The position numbers and the translations under genes are program-made. From Octopus vulgaris (Eukaryota), in assembly GCA_951406725.2 (NCBI GenBank), contig OX597841.1:20646001-20710000 (forward strand): a stretch of DNA of 64,000 nucleotides, read 5' to 3'. Under the pieces are notes generated by a model. It was not told where the DNA came from. It saw only the letters and a program-made list of their open reading frames with translations, and made no database searches. Below, piece after piece: positions 26,277 to 39,869 of the stretch. Position 1 is the first letter of the stretch. Every line of letters begins with the position of its first letter.

Positions 26277-27640
26277 TGTCTGACACCCAGCATGGATTTC
26301 GACCACGTAGAGGCTGCCTAACACAGCTCCTGCAACACTATGACTGGGTGTTGAAACAGCTACTAAATGGCTCAAATGTGGATGTAATATATCTCGACTT
26401 TGCAAAAGCCTTTGATAAAGTCGACCATGGTATGATCTGTCACAAACTGCGTGGTCTCGGCATAGGCGGAAAACTTGGAGAGTGGCTGCACAACTTCCTA
26501 AAAGACAGAAAACAGGCAGTTGTGAGCAATGGAGCCACCTCCAAGGAAACGCAAATAACAAGCGGTGTCCCACAGGGCACTGTCTTGGGGCCACTGATGT
26601 TCATAGTGGCCCTTTGAGACATGCCTTCAGTTGCTACGATGACCACCCTTGTTAGCTATGCAGATGACACAAAAGTCTCCCACGCAATACAAAACCCTGA
26701 AAATATTGCGCATCTGCAACATGAGCTGGACACAATATACAGGTGGGCTGAGGACAACAACATGCAGTTTAATGCAGGTAAGTTCCAGGCCCTGCGCTAC
26801 TGGCACACAAAGGTAAATGACGTGAAGACTGGATACACTGGCCCAGGAAGAATTGCAATCCCTGAGTCAAAATCAGTGCGTGACCTGGGCATTGACATGA
26901 GCAATGATGCATCTTTCCAAATGCATATTGCTAATCTGGTGATAAAATGCAGACGGCTAGCTGGATGGATTCGCCGAACTTTCAGAACAAGAGAGAAGGA
27001 GACACTGATGGTCCTATGGAAAACATTCGTCCTCAGCCACTTGGACTACTGCTCCCAACTTTGGTCACCACACAATATAAAACTAACAGCAGAACTCGAA
27101 GCAATTCAGAGAAGCTACACAAAGAAAATCGTCTCAATGCAAAATATCAGCTACTGGGAAAGACTGAAGGTATTAAACCTCTTCTCCCTAGAGCGGAGGT
27201 GGGAGAGATATGCGGTGATATACATCTGGAAAATCCTGGAGGGTCTTGTCCCAAACTTTGGCATTCAAAGTTACTCCAACCGCAGAACGGGGCGCCACTG
27301 CATGGTGCCAAGGATTCCAACATCACCATCAAAATACAGGTCCAGATACTGCAACAGCTTGGGTTTCAGAGGACCACAGCTCTTTAACATCCTCCCTAAA
27401 TGCCTGAGAGACTTGCATGGTGTGGATGTGGGTTTCTTTAAAACTAAACTGGATCTCTTCTTGTTGGGAGTCCCAGATGAGCCTACCTCACGACAGGAGA
27501 CGCGGATGCGGGCAGCAGCATCGAACTCCCTTGTTGATCAAGTGCCACGTATCAGAGGTGGATTCACAAATTAGTGTAGCTCATTCAGCGGTGGTGCCCC
27601 AGCATGGCCGCGGCCTTCGGGCTGAAACATTTTTAAGGAT
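26277..27640 (+). mobile_element. 5'-truncated CR1-like LINE, family A, one in-frame stop
   Basis: ORFs 26276-26617 and 26621-27574 are in the same frame; [21 protein letters not shown]. Confidence 0.92.
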
Positions 27641-27703
27641 TTTTTATACATATATATATATATATACATATACATACATATATATATATATACATATACA
27701 TAC

Positions 27704-27736
<33 letters not shown>

Positions 27737-27747
27737 CATATACATAC

Positions 27748-27780
<33 letters not shown>

Positions 27781-27845
27781 CATATACATACATATATATA
27801 TATATATATACATATACATACATATATATATATATATATATACAT

Positions 27846-27894
<49 letters not shown>

Positions 27895-27928
27895 CATATA
27901 CATATATAAATATATATATATACATATA

Positions 27929-27967
<39 letters not shown>

Positions 27968-28058
27968 CATACATTTGATCAACATGTGATCTCTTAAGCA
28001 CCACCAGCTCAAATATTTTCTCCTCTGTCTTCCCTCTTTGGGATCTTTCCTTCTCCTT

Positions 28059-28093
28059 GTTTCCGACGAAGAGCTCCGCTCGAAACGTTAAAC
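28059..28093 (+). ncRNA. Minimal HHR-like motif (U4C variant) in a pLTR-like repeat at about 27970-28200
   Basis: GTTT CCGACGA A GAGC-TCC-GCTC GAAAC GT T AAAC; palindromic ACGT stem III. Confidence 0.55.
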
Positions 28094-28229
28094 CCTCCTT
28101 CCCTTCTTTCCTGAGCCTCAATAATACTTTAATTGTTCCACGTCCTGCGTTGCTGTGTTTTTTTCTCCTTTTTTTCTGTATTTTCTTGTTTGGATTAACT
28201 TTACATAATATAAATATATATGCATATAC

Positions 28230-28287
<58 letters not shown>

Positions 28288-28967
28288 AATAATATGTAAA
28301 TATATGCATATGTACATACATATATGTACATACCTACATATATATGTATATATACATGCATATATGGGTACAAGACATTAAAAAAACGTTGAACACAATG
28401 AGAAATGAAAACATAAAAGCAAAAACAGAAATGAACTTTTTCTTTTTTTCAAACAATGAAAGAACAGAGAACAAGACATACAACACAAGGAATATTCACC
28501 TTCTTCAGTTGTCCCTGTTTTGTCTACTCTGGGTTTCGAAGGTAAGGACAAGATGTGTCTTCATTGAAACATCCTTCCCGCAAAGCAAATTAAATAAAAT
28601 TTTGGATTTTTTGCAGAGGGTAAAAATGGTAACAAGAACAGGACAAAAAGAACAAAACAACACAGTAAAAAACAATAAAAAAGTAAAAACAGTAAAAGAC
28701 AGAAGAAAGGGAAGAAAACAGTAAAAACAAACGATGAGCCAAGACGATGGAAAAATGATTCTGAATGCTTAAGGAGACAACTTATGAAAGAGACAGGATA
28801 AGCTGGTCTGGTCTTGGTGAAGATAGCAGTTGGAAAGATGGCTTCCCTCTGATCATGTGTCAGTGATGAGTGAGTCAAGGAGGAGGAGGAGTAAGAGAGA
28901 GGGAACGGTGAAGGGGAGAAGAGAAGAATATATATACATATACATATACACACACACAATTATATAC

Positions 28968-29300
28968 TCTTTTACTTGTTTCAGTCATTTGACTGTGGCC
29001 ATGCTGGAGAACCACCTTTAGTCGAGCAAATTAACCCCAGGACTTGTTCTTTGTAAGCCTAGTACTTATTCTATCAGCCTCTTTTGCCGAACCGTTAAGT
29101 TACGGGGATGTAACACAGACACACATACATATATACGACAGGCTTCTTTCAGTTTCCGTCTACCAAATCCACTCACAAAGCTTTGGTCGGCCCGAGACTA
29201 TAGTAGAAGACACTTGCCCAAGGTGCCACGCAGTGGGACTGAACCTGGAATCATGTGGTTCGTAAGCAAGCTACTTACCACACAGCCATTCCTGCGCCTA
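28968..29300 (-). mobile_element. CORE-like SINE
   Basis: Reverse complement of the 7273-7710 family. Confidence 0.85.
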
Positions 29301-29566
29301 TATATGAATATATTTATTTAAGTATGAAATATATATATATATATATAACAATAATAAATCTCCGAGCGAGGTATAAACAGTAACTGCTCTATAATATTAG
29401 CGGGACCAGCCATCTGAATGTGGCTAGGGACAGGGCGGGGTGGTGGCGGTGTTACTGATGCATTTAGCCCCAGGCGACTATCGACGTCACCAGAAGAGCC
29501 GACACCATCACGGTGTCCTTGCTAGCCTGCAAAGGGAGATCAGCCTCCCCGAAGATACGGATGCTA

Positions 29567-29609
29567 CACACAGACCGGTTTCGAGGTAATTGCCTCTTGT
29601 CAGCACATG
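29567..29609 (-). ncRNA. HHR motif with G8A core change (probably impaired)
   Basis: Minus strand CATGTG CTGACAA GAGG-CAATTA-CCTC GAAAC CG GTC TGTGTG. Confidence 0.7.
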
Positions 29610-29828
29610 GCAAGCACCGTTCTTCGTTGAGGGACTTCCTGTACAGGCCAGATATATATAGATTTTCACAGTAACCACAGTCACTGGCGTAGAAAATCTG
29701 TTTATACCTCGCTCAGAGATTTATTATTGTTTTCGAACAGATTTTCTACGCCAGTGACTGTGGTTACTGTGAAAATCTATATATATCTGGCCTGTACAGG
29801 AAGTCCCTCAACGAAGAAAGGTGCTTGC

Positions 29829-29870
29829 CATGCGCTGACGAGAGGCAATACCTCGAAACCGGTCCGTGTG
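29829..29870 (+). ncRNA. Type I minimal hammerhead ribozyme, intact core
   Basis: CATGCG CTGACGA GAGG-CAATA-CCTC GAAAC CG GTC CGTGTG; GUC triplet, predicted cut after 29864. Confidence 0.85.
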
Positions 29871-30036
29871 TAGCATCCGTATCTTCGGGGAGGCTGATCT
29901 CCCTTTGCAGGCTAGCAAGGACACCGTGATGGTGTCGGCTCTCCTGGTGACGTCGATAGTCGCCTGGGGCTAAATGCATCAGTAACACCCCCACCACCCC
30001 GCCCTGTCCCTAGCCACATTCAGATGGCTGATCCCG

Positions 30037-30103
<67 letters not shown>

Positions 30104-30401
30104 GTCCTTAAGAGTATAGTTCGCGTATTTATCCGAAGCAATCGGTTTTTCATAATGATAGAATACAGTCATTAATCAATTAAAAAACTCGTTGGAAATA
30201 GCAGTAATGAATTGACAGCTATCAATCGTTTATGTATGTATGTATGTATGCATGTACGTACGTATGTATGTATACAGACACACACACACACACACATATA
30301 AAGCTTTAGCCGAAGTAAGAGAAATGGTGCCAACGCGCGAAACTCTCAGACCCTGAGTCTCTCTGTTACTTCTGCTAGATATTAATAAAAATGTACATCC
30401 A

Positions 30402-30660
30402 CAGTAATCCCTCGCCATATCGCGGTTCACCTATCACACACTCTGCACATCGCGGTTCACCTATCGAGCACTCTGTACACCGCGGATTTTTGCGGCTGAT
30501 ATATGTATACTTATATTGTGGACTCCTCAGTATATCTGGGTTTCAGCGGCTGATAGGTATTTATATCTTTTAGATTTTAGTCATTTTCTTTGAGAGGTTT
30601 TAGAACGTAACACACGCGATAATCGAGTTTGAGTTCTATTTTTCAGTTGTATCAACCTAA
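30402..30660 (+). mobile_element. Tigger/pogo-like terminus fragment
   Basis: Starts CAGTAATCCCTCGCCATATCGCGG; contains a 30-bp internal duplication; other end not found. Confidence 0.4.
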
Positions 30661-30684
30661 CCGATATAATAGTCGTATATCTAC

Positions 30685-30763
<79 letters not shown>

Positions 30764-31147
30764 AGATTGTTAGATGGAGAGGTGGACAGATATAGAGATT
30801 TTGTTGCAATAAAAAAAAAAAAATACCGCATTTGAAAGTGAGTTCGTCTAAGTCCCTTACTGATCATAATTTGGACTGCATCTCAAGTGGCGCATCATTT
30901 AATGTGTGGAGAAAGCATCAAATGATGTTTGTCGTGAGAGGCAAGAGTCGTGTCGGAAGACTGGAAACGTGTGCTTTTGGTTTTGCCGAATAATTGCATT
31001 TTCACTCGGATTTTACATGAACTGAGGCAGTGTGGACCAGCCAAAGAGGAGTGGTGGCCAATGGTTTCGTGATACATATACAAACATCTTGCTTTTTTCT
31101 GTACATGTATATATTATATATATATTGGTAATTGTTCAGTTTACGTT

Positions 31148-31204
<57 letters not shown>

Positions 31205-34200
31205 CATACATACATACACACATATGTACACAATAAATATATACAAATATACATACTGACATACTCAAACATATAAATATGTATATACATGCGTAGACAC
31301 GTTTACCCACCCAACGCACATACATGAACAGAGACACACACATGTTTAATTGTACACAAACCTGAATTCATGCTGTGAACTTCCGATGCAGTCTTTTTGT
31401 CGGTGGACGCAATCTTAACGTCTCCTCATTTATTTCTCTATATACACACATAGCTACCTATATAGCACGACCAACGATGTTATTTGCGTAACATCCTACT
31501 GAAATAAGTACCAGTTTGCTTCATAATCAACTTTCGTTCCTATCTATCCATCAAACCTGGTTCATTCATTCGTGCCCATTCTTCTTCATATTTACCTATC
31601 GACCTAACGTCTTTCTATTTATCTCTCTAACAAATAATTCTTCTATCCAACCAACAACTATTTAATTGTCGATTTCACTCAAAGCTCATTTAAATGTTTA
31701 TTTGTTTATCTGTGTTTAACCATCTCTCTCTGCATCTGTTTAACTGTCTATTTTAGACATTTCTGTCTGTTTAACAATCTATCTATGCGTCGTTCGGTTT
31801 GTCTTTCCCTCTACCTGTCCACGTATCTCAGATGTCGGTTACAGAGGCGAAAATACTCCGGCAAATCCCGAACAACAAACACAGTTTCCACTGCTGAATG
31901 TAATAACATAATGCATCTCACAGCCAACAGAGGCTACCAGACCTCACTGGCCTGACTCGCACATTAAGCATTAATTCAAACACATTCTCATCTTTCCTTC
32001 ATCCTTGGCTAATCATGGCTGCTGCTTGTGTTAATGTGACTTGTGCGAGCCACTGTTGTTGCTTTAGCTAAGTCCATCTTTGGCACTCGCCCATCTTATC
32101 CATACTTACAAATCTCACCTACCGCATTGCACCCCGACGTATCCATCCTAGCTCATACCAGCGAGGGAACCTCTATCAGGTCGTTTGAACTGTTAGAAAT
32201 AGCAACCACAACCCCTTATGAACTACATAACTTAGTCTTTAAAAAAATACTTTGGATACTTTGGAGAACATAGTCCTAGATACACTATTACTCAACTCAG
32301 CTATACTCAACGTATATACGCACAAGACAAGATAAACAAAACAAATACGGAAGCTTTACGTCCTCGCCAGACCTGTTGGAAATAGAAACCAGGTCTCTTC
32401 AAAAACAACAAATCACATTCTATTCTGTTATCTTATGTAGTGTTAGAAAACATTTTATCTGAAATCAAAAAAGAAAGATGGCCACGTTTGGAACGCTTTT
32501 GATCGTTGATTTACTTTGATCTGAGCTTGAGCTTTAAATAAACAAGGAAAAGAAAAACCAAACCATTAACTTCCACTATCGTGGCCTGTTTATCGGTTGC
32601 CCACTCTTTCATTTGTCTTTATATCAGTTTCCTTGTTGTATGGGAACCGCTTCTAAACAAATTATCTCAAAGAAAACAACCCCATCCCTTTTTCTCTCTT
32701 CATTGCAGTCATTGCAAGGGCTCAACAAAATCAAGTAGATTTGCGACGAATTGAGGAAAAAGAGCCTTTGCCTAAATCTGCGACCTTCACACATTATTAG
32801 TGTGAAGGAATTATTATTTCTTTTGCCTTTCAGTCTTATAGGGGTGGGGGTGGGGATCTGATAATAATGTAAATTACCAGTCAAGTACTGAAAGGTCGTT
32901 ATAATATTAATAATAATAAATGCCCTTTTTTCTCCCTGACCCCTTCAATAATAATAATAAAATTGGAATTTATGCTTTGTGCCTATAGGAAAAACCGGTG
33001 TCGATAAAATAAAGTATCAACAGATATAATTACCGACTGTACACCGACAACTAGCATTTGTATTTCGTCAAGAATTATTGTTATTATAAAAATCTGTAGT
33101 CTTAATTTCTCATCCTTCGGTAATTTGCCTTGACAGATTTATATTTTGTTCTCGTCCAATTCATTTGGTGCGCTGGATTGTTTGGCCAGCAGACATAGCT
33201 TACTACGTAGTGCTTGTTGCTTGACCTGACTCTATCTGGAGTCACCTCCTCATTTATCTGTCTTCCTCAGTCTAACCTAATGTCATTCATTCTTTCGTCG
33301 ACCTGTCAAGCAATTTGTACGATACTGTACCTTCTAAAATCGTAACATACCCTTCCTTCCTTCCCTGTCATATATTCTTTTCAAAACACAAAATACCTGT
33401 TGTGCATAGAAAGACTTTTCAAACAAACATAGTATTTTCTTTCACACGTTATAGTCTAACACACACAAACATACATGTTTCTTAAATCATTTCCCTTCTG
33501 TATTCAACCTCTGTAACCTCACACTACACCTCGTCGCCTTCAATTCAATTCGCTCACCTCATGCACCCACCCACCCATTCATTCCTCAGCTACCTTTTAC
33601 CATTCCGAACCAACTGGTGATCCACTTATGCGGTGACATGACCTGTAAGTAGAAATAACAGTTACCGTTCCCCCAACACACACTCTAACATCTTTCACAA
33701 AAGAAACAGTTTACATTCCATAACGTAGTTTTAGATACTAAAAGACAGTGTGGTCACGACTGGAGCTGGTCTGGTACCAAGCAACATAATCTCCTTCCCC
33801 CCCCACTACTCTACATCACGTTTTATCGCCACCCTCTCGCATCACCTCATAAGTTTATCACTTTCATTCAGTTCGCTCCAATTCTGAACTTAATTTCTTT
33901 TATTCTTCCACCTGTAACCCTACATTCCATTCCTTCTTCAGAGATCTCACCCCCGCCTCCATCACGGGTCCTACGACCACTACACCGGTCACACGTCTCT
34001 TCATCCAATCCATATCACTTTACCTCTGCGTAAAAAGTATTCTCAACAAAACACATTTGGACACCCATCAAGCCTACGCTCAAACAATTTTGACTTGGAG
34101 CTAAATGACATCCAACCACATAGTCACTATATCCAAATAGGCTTGCACTCGAGTGATATACTGTAAAAAAAAATAACCAACAAAAGCAAAAAAGACAATA

Positions 34201-35399
34201 GTCATATTCTATTCAATTCATCAGGTCACTCTTTCATCCTCTCTTAAGCACCCGTTCTTGTTCACCTGTAGCCGAACCATACAACTCACCACCTACCCTA
34301 TTCTCATCCACTTTATTCCCCTCCACGTAGGCCAAAAACAGCAACACCCTGACCCGACATATACACTACCACAAACTTCCGCCTACGTGGTTGCTTGATA
34401 AAGATATCACACCCATCGTCTTAATAAAGACATTGCATTATGTAGTCCTAGATTTAGTAAAAGAAAAAAAAAAAAAGGATGGTCCTGGCTGGAATGCCTT
34501 TGGTGGTACGTTTTGTTAATCGAAGTTGATTTCAAGTTAAACAACTCTACTTATCATCACTTACGAGTCCATCATATACACACATCAATAGAACCAGCGC
34601 CTCTTTTGCTTTCAGAGCCATCTGTCTGCTCCCATATATTTTCCTGTTTGCTGACTTCGCTCTGATTTTCTCGTTTGAACACCAAGGTTGAGGTTAGGGT
34701 TAACCGGCGACCTGCCGCTCTCTTCTAGTCCGTCCAATCTACTTCACACCACTTTACTCTGTCCATCTTTTTTCTTCCCCTCTTTTGGAAGTTTGTCCCG
34801 TGAGCTGGTCAGATATTTCAAAGCTCTTCTTAAATTAATTCTTCACTTCCTCCAAGCATTCAACAACCGTTACGATCAACAATCACAGACAAGGGGGGGG
34901 ACCGAAGAGACCATATGCTGCTGCTAAAAACTCCATCTTAAAGAGAGAGGTCTCTTCACGTCGTTTGTCTATACTCCCCTACAACCACCATATATATACA
35001 TACCACTGGTCTTTGCTGTCATCACGACCCACCGCCGCCCCTGCAGCGTGTCCTCCACCACTACAATCTACACTATCATTACAGATACTGTTATCAATAT
35101 CGCCTCCGCCACTTCCACTAATTCTATTACAAAAGCACACACAAAAAGTATCTACATTCGCCGTCACTAACAACCACTCGTTCACTCCTTCAGTCGCTTT
35201 CATCGTCACATTAGTCAACAGCAACACACCGTGAACATCGTAAATAACAACAGCCGCCACAACGTTTGCCACGTTACCGACCTTTTTCATAACACTACAA
35301 CAGCAACTGACACTCTCCACTAAACCACTACTGCCATCACAGCAATCACAATAATCATAATAAGGCCATCACTACTGCTGCTATCACCAGAGTCAGAAA

Positions 35400-35576
35400 A
35401 GCTTATCCTCACATACATATCTGTCTCACATTAACTCTTATCCATATCCTATGTCCGCGCAGTCGTCGCGTTTTCACACTGCGAGGTCAACTTCGTGGTT
35501 GGGTGGCGGCGGAGGCCCTCCTGGCTCCGCTGACCTTCTGGACTGTGTCTTCCGCCCCCTGTTGGCCTGCTCCAAG
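35400..35576 (+). promoter_or_regulatory. GC/CpG-rich candidate promoter-proximal region and 5' UTR
   Basis: Locally GC- and CpG-rich unique sequence directly before the first coding exon. Confidence 0.4.
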
Positions 35577-35702
35577 ATGAAGAAGTATATGGCCCTGTGG
35601 GGCTCTCTCTTCTTTTTCGTCATATGTGTCTCTCTCTATCTGATGATGGAGACCGTCAACATGAACAGCAGAGCCAATGTTAGGCTGGCAGACTTTGACG
35701 AG
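35577..35702 (+). CDS. MAN2A1: First coding exon of a type II Golgi membrane protein, likely alpha-mannosidase II (GH38)
   Basis: MKKYMALWGSLFFFVICVSLYLMMETV...DFDE: short basic tail plus signal-anchor, resembling the MAN2A N-terminus as I recall it (FGSAIFCVVIFSLYLML); AAGATG start; consensus donor GAG|GTGAGT at phase 0; A1 versus A2 orthology not resolvable. Confidence 0.75.
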
Positions 35703-36375
35703 GTGAGTAATTTTTTTTATTTTGTGCCAGTCCCTTCAAGTTTGCCCCAAACAGATCGGAAAGTCTTTTTTGTTTATGTTTTAATTTGTCAGTTATTTCT
35801 TTATTGTTATTACTAATTTCACTATTTTACTCAATGTAATTTTACCCCCACTGCTTTATTTTTGTGTTGATTCGGAGACATTTGGTCCTAGCAGTCTTTC
35901 TTCTGCTTCTTGACTGGTACTTTATTTTATCTATCCCGGATTTTCGGTATGTGAATGTGAAGAACCTGCCTGCCGCTTTTATTTTTCTAATAATTACTGT
36001 AATAGTTTTTAACTATAGGCACTGGGGAAATTTGATGCGAGGGTCTGGTATTGCTCCCTTAATACTTGAACGTTGTCAATCTTGGATGAAAAATAATTTT
36101 GTTGGAGAGGCGCTGGATCAAGGGACCATGAGAAAGACAAGGCTAATACAATGTGTGTGGGTTTAGTTTATTCAGAAATCGAATGGAAAATATGTATGTA
36201 TAATTGATGAACGCATTTGAAAGAAGTGAGGAGGACCTCTATATCTCTGACAAACACTTTTTTTCAACTTATCAAAAGTGGGTTGACAGTGTGGTTTTAT
36301 ATTTTAATCTGTTTGTTTCATTTTTTCCTCTCTCTCCCTCGTGTTTATTGTACATGCCTACCCATACAAAATGTA

Positions 36376-36783
36376 GGATCCTTTCGGTTTGAACGGCAGT
36401 TTTTTAAAATAATTTCCACGTAACTAAACACTTTTAAACTTCGTATACTGGTAGAATGTGTTTATAAAACATCTTTTTCTCTTGGCTTTATTGAGAAAAT
36501 GCTATAGTTTGTAAGATATTTGTTGTTTTTCTTCAATTTCTGCAATTTCAACCAATCAATGACGTCTATTGAGGTGAAAACATTATGTGCCGTATGAATA
36601 TGTCCCTCGTTTAAGAAACACATTGGGTTTATTTACATTTCTGAAGAAAAAAAGATACCCTTCCCCCTAACCCTAAATCTAAAATAGATTGAAATGCAAT
36701 AGATCGATACTAGGGCCATAATTATGGGTGACAATTCCATATGACACTGCTAGAAAAAACTGCCGTTCAAACCGAAAAGATCC
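36376..36783. mobile_element. Intact MITE
   Basis: TIRs GGATCCTTTCGGTTTGAACGGCAGTTTTT / AAAAACTGCCGTTCAAACCGAAAAGATCC with 8-bp target duplication AAAATGTA. Confidence 0.85.
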
Positions 36784-38254
36784 AAAATGTATTTGACGAA
36801 GTACACGTCTAATTCGTTTTTTTTTTTTTTAAGCAAAGGAGTCCTAAAACTTCTATATATTCTGGATGTATCGTGGCCGAACGGCTGAGAAGTTCGCTTC
36901 ACAATTATGCGGTCCTGGGTTCGATACCTTTGCATGAAAGTGCGAGAATTACGTTAAAAATATATGTGTGTCAGTGGAATGTTCGGTCATATTACCACAT
37001 CGATCTTTCTCGAGAGCGCATTTTTTTTTTCATATTCGTTTAGAGCAAGTTGTTTTACACATATTACACTATTTTTTTTTTGTTTTGGTGCCCGGGTCAG
37101 CTCCTCAGACGCTTTCGGAACTTCCCGATGTGAATTTTCCGAGGCCTCTCCCCCACCCCCCTTTCGCGTGCGCGAATTTTTTTTTTCATATTCGTTCATA
37201 GGAAGTTGTTTTACATCTATTACACACATTTTTTTTTTGATTTTCTGATATTTGTCACGCCCTATATTAACCGATTTGGTTTTTATTTGTAGCTATCATG
37301 AAGAGGTCTCCCTCGCTGGCTCCATACATACATATATAGAGGTAATAGTGTCTCCCTAAACCAGAAAAATGGATATTTCTTTGATGAAATTTTCTGCAAA
37401 TATATTTCAGATGGTGTAGATTCTGATTATATCAATTTGTTATGAAAAAGTTTTTTCGAGGGTGTGGAGAGGAGTTTTGGAAAAGTTACACGTGTTGCTT
37501 TTGTTTCCTCATAACTTTCCCACAAATGGATATTTTTTTAATGAAATTTTCTATAAATTCTTTTCAGATGGTATATTGTATCATTATATCGGAGTTTGAT
37601 ATGCGAAAAAAAAAAAAAAAAAGCTGGCACACAAACATATTGACAGATATCACAAAATAAAACTTGAATTTTCAAAGAAAAAAAGAAATTGTGAGTTGTG
37701 TCAATATGTATATGTACGAGCCCATCAATGTTTTAACATATTAAATTGCTATATAATCGTAATATACACCATCTGAAAGAAATTTAGCTGCTATTTCTAA
37801 CAGATCTAGCAACCACGTAGACGCTGCCTAGTTCGCACGTACGTATATATTGTTGTTTAACCTTAGGTCAGTGTTGATCGAGTAAAGACTTGTGTTCAAA
37901 AGCATTTTCAACTGTGATCATCTCGTTTTGGTAAACTTTTACTGTCGTTTTTACTCTGTGTTCAGGAAACTTAGGATATCGTAATCCAGTGTATCGTTTT
38001 CTAAGACAAAAATAGGGCGTGATATGGGTAGATTTGGCTGCTATTTCTAACAGTTCTAGCTTAGACATGTTTCTCCCGCGTTGGCCCTCTCTCTCTCTCA
38101 CACAGACAAACATACGCGTGCACACACAAATAAAATAGTAGGTTGTGTGATCTGAGGGGAAAACTTTGGCTGCTATTTCTCACGTCTCGTCTGATGTCTT
38201 TCAGACCAGTTTTCCGCACCCTACACAAAACCCCACTATTTATCTCTATTTTTT

Positions 38255-38994
<740 letters not shown>

Positions 38995-39454
38995 AATTCA
39001 ATTCAATTGGCCTCATGAAGAGATGGTGTCATCCAAGGAAATATCAAGACCTATGACCTCATGATTGTGAGTGCAACACCGTAACCACTAGGTCAAGCAC
39101 CTCCACACAAACATACACATATGTATACATGAAGGCTTCTTTTAGTTTCCTTAGGTCAGGGCTATAGTATAAGACACTCAAGGTGTCACACTGGGACTGA
39201 AGCTGAAGCCAGATAGTTGCAAAGTGAGCTTCTTAACCACATAGCCAGGCCATATATTTTTTTAAAGGAATTTTGCAGAAGTATGTTTTTCAAAGTGTAC
39301 ATGACAATCATATGATTAGAAAGAAATTATATACTTTTTCACTTGGAAATTAAGTCCTTACTTTTTTTTTTCAACTATTCAATAACCTGCTCGTGATCAT
39401 TATTCAACTAAAAGAAAACCCATGTCATAGTCTTAATGTAATTCACTGAGAATA

Positions 39455-39760
39455 AAGACGTCCTTCAGTCATGAATGACCATGGAATTGTACCTAGAAAG
39501 TTCACCTCTGAAGCACAAGTCTGGGAAATTTGTTTGAGGAAGACCAGCAGTTGCTCATGCACACCAGCCTCCCTTCTCCATACTACTGATGTTGTCCAAA
39601 GACATCAGTGACGTTGCAATTTATTTCTACAGCTGAATGAACTGGAGCAACACAAAATAGTGTGTCTTGCTCAAGAACACAACACAGCCCAGTCTGGGAA
39701 TTGAACTCACTACCTCATGTTTGTGAGACCAACATTCTTACCACTGAGCCATATGCTTAA
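39455..39760 (-). mobile_element. Second tRNA/CORE-type SINE family
   Basis: Minus strand TGGCTCAGTGG...GAGTTCAATTCCC...TGTTCTTGAGCAAGACAC. Confidence 0.6.
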
Positions 39761-39869
39761 AAAAATATTCCCAAGTTCATTTTTAGCCTCCAAATTGAAA
39801 TTATTCGAATACTTTTGATTTTAGTTGAAAACCAAAACTAACTCAGATTTTTAAAAAAATTTGGCTGTT

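Larger units (their letters stand above)
29347..30038. mobile_element. Short HHR element with inverted duplication (Penelope pLTR/retrozyme-like)
   Basis: About 29397-29702 is inverted at about 29736-30038; 29347-29381 is inverted at 29698-29731; flanked by TA tracts. Confidence 0.8.

Noticed and set aside
28490-28580. Minus-strand ATGAAG...CTTCGAAAC...GTA motif
   Set aside because: Core and stem I too degenerate to call a hammerhead
34965-35320. ORFs on both strands upstream of the exon
   Set aside because: Low-complexity sequence with no recognisable protein similarity or splice support
36870-36935. tRNA-like A/B boxes
   Set aside because: No cloverleaf; SINE head rather than a tRNA gene
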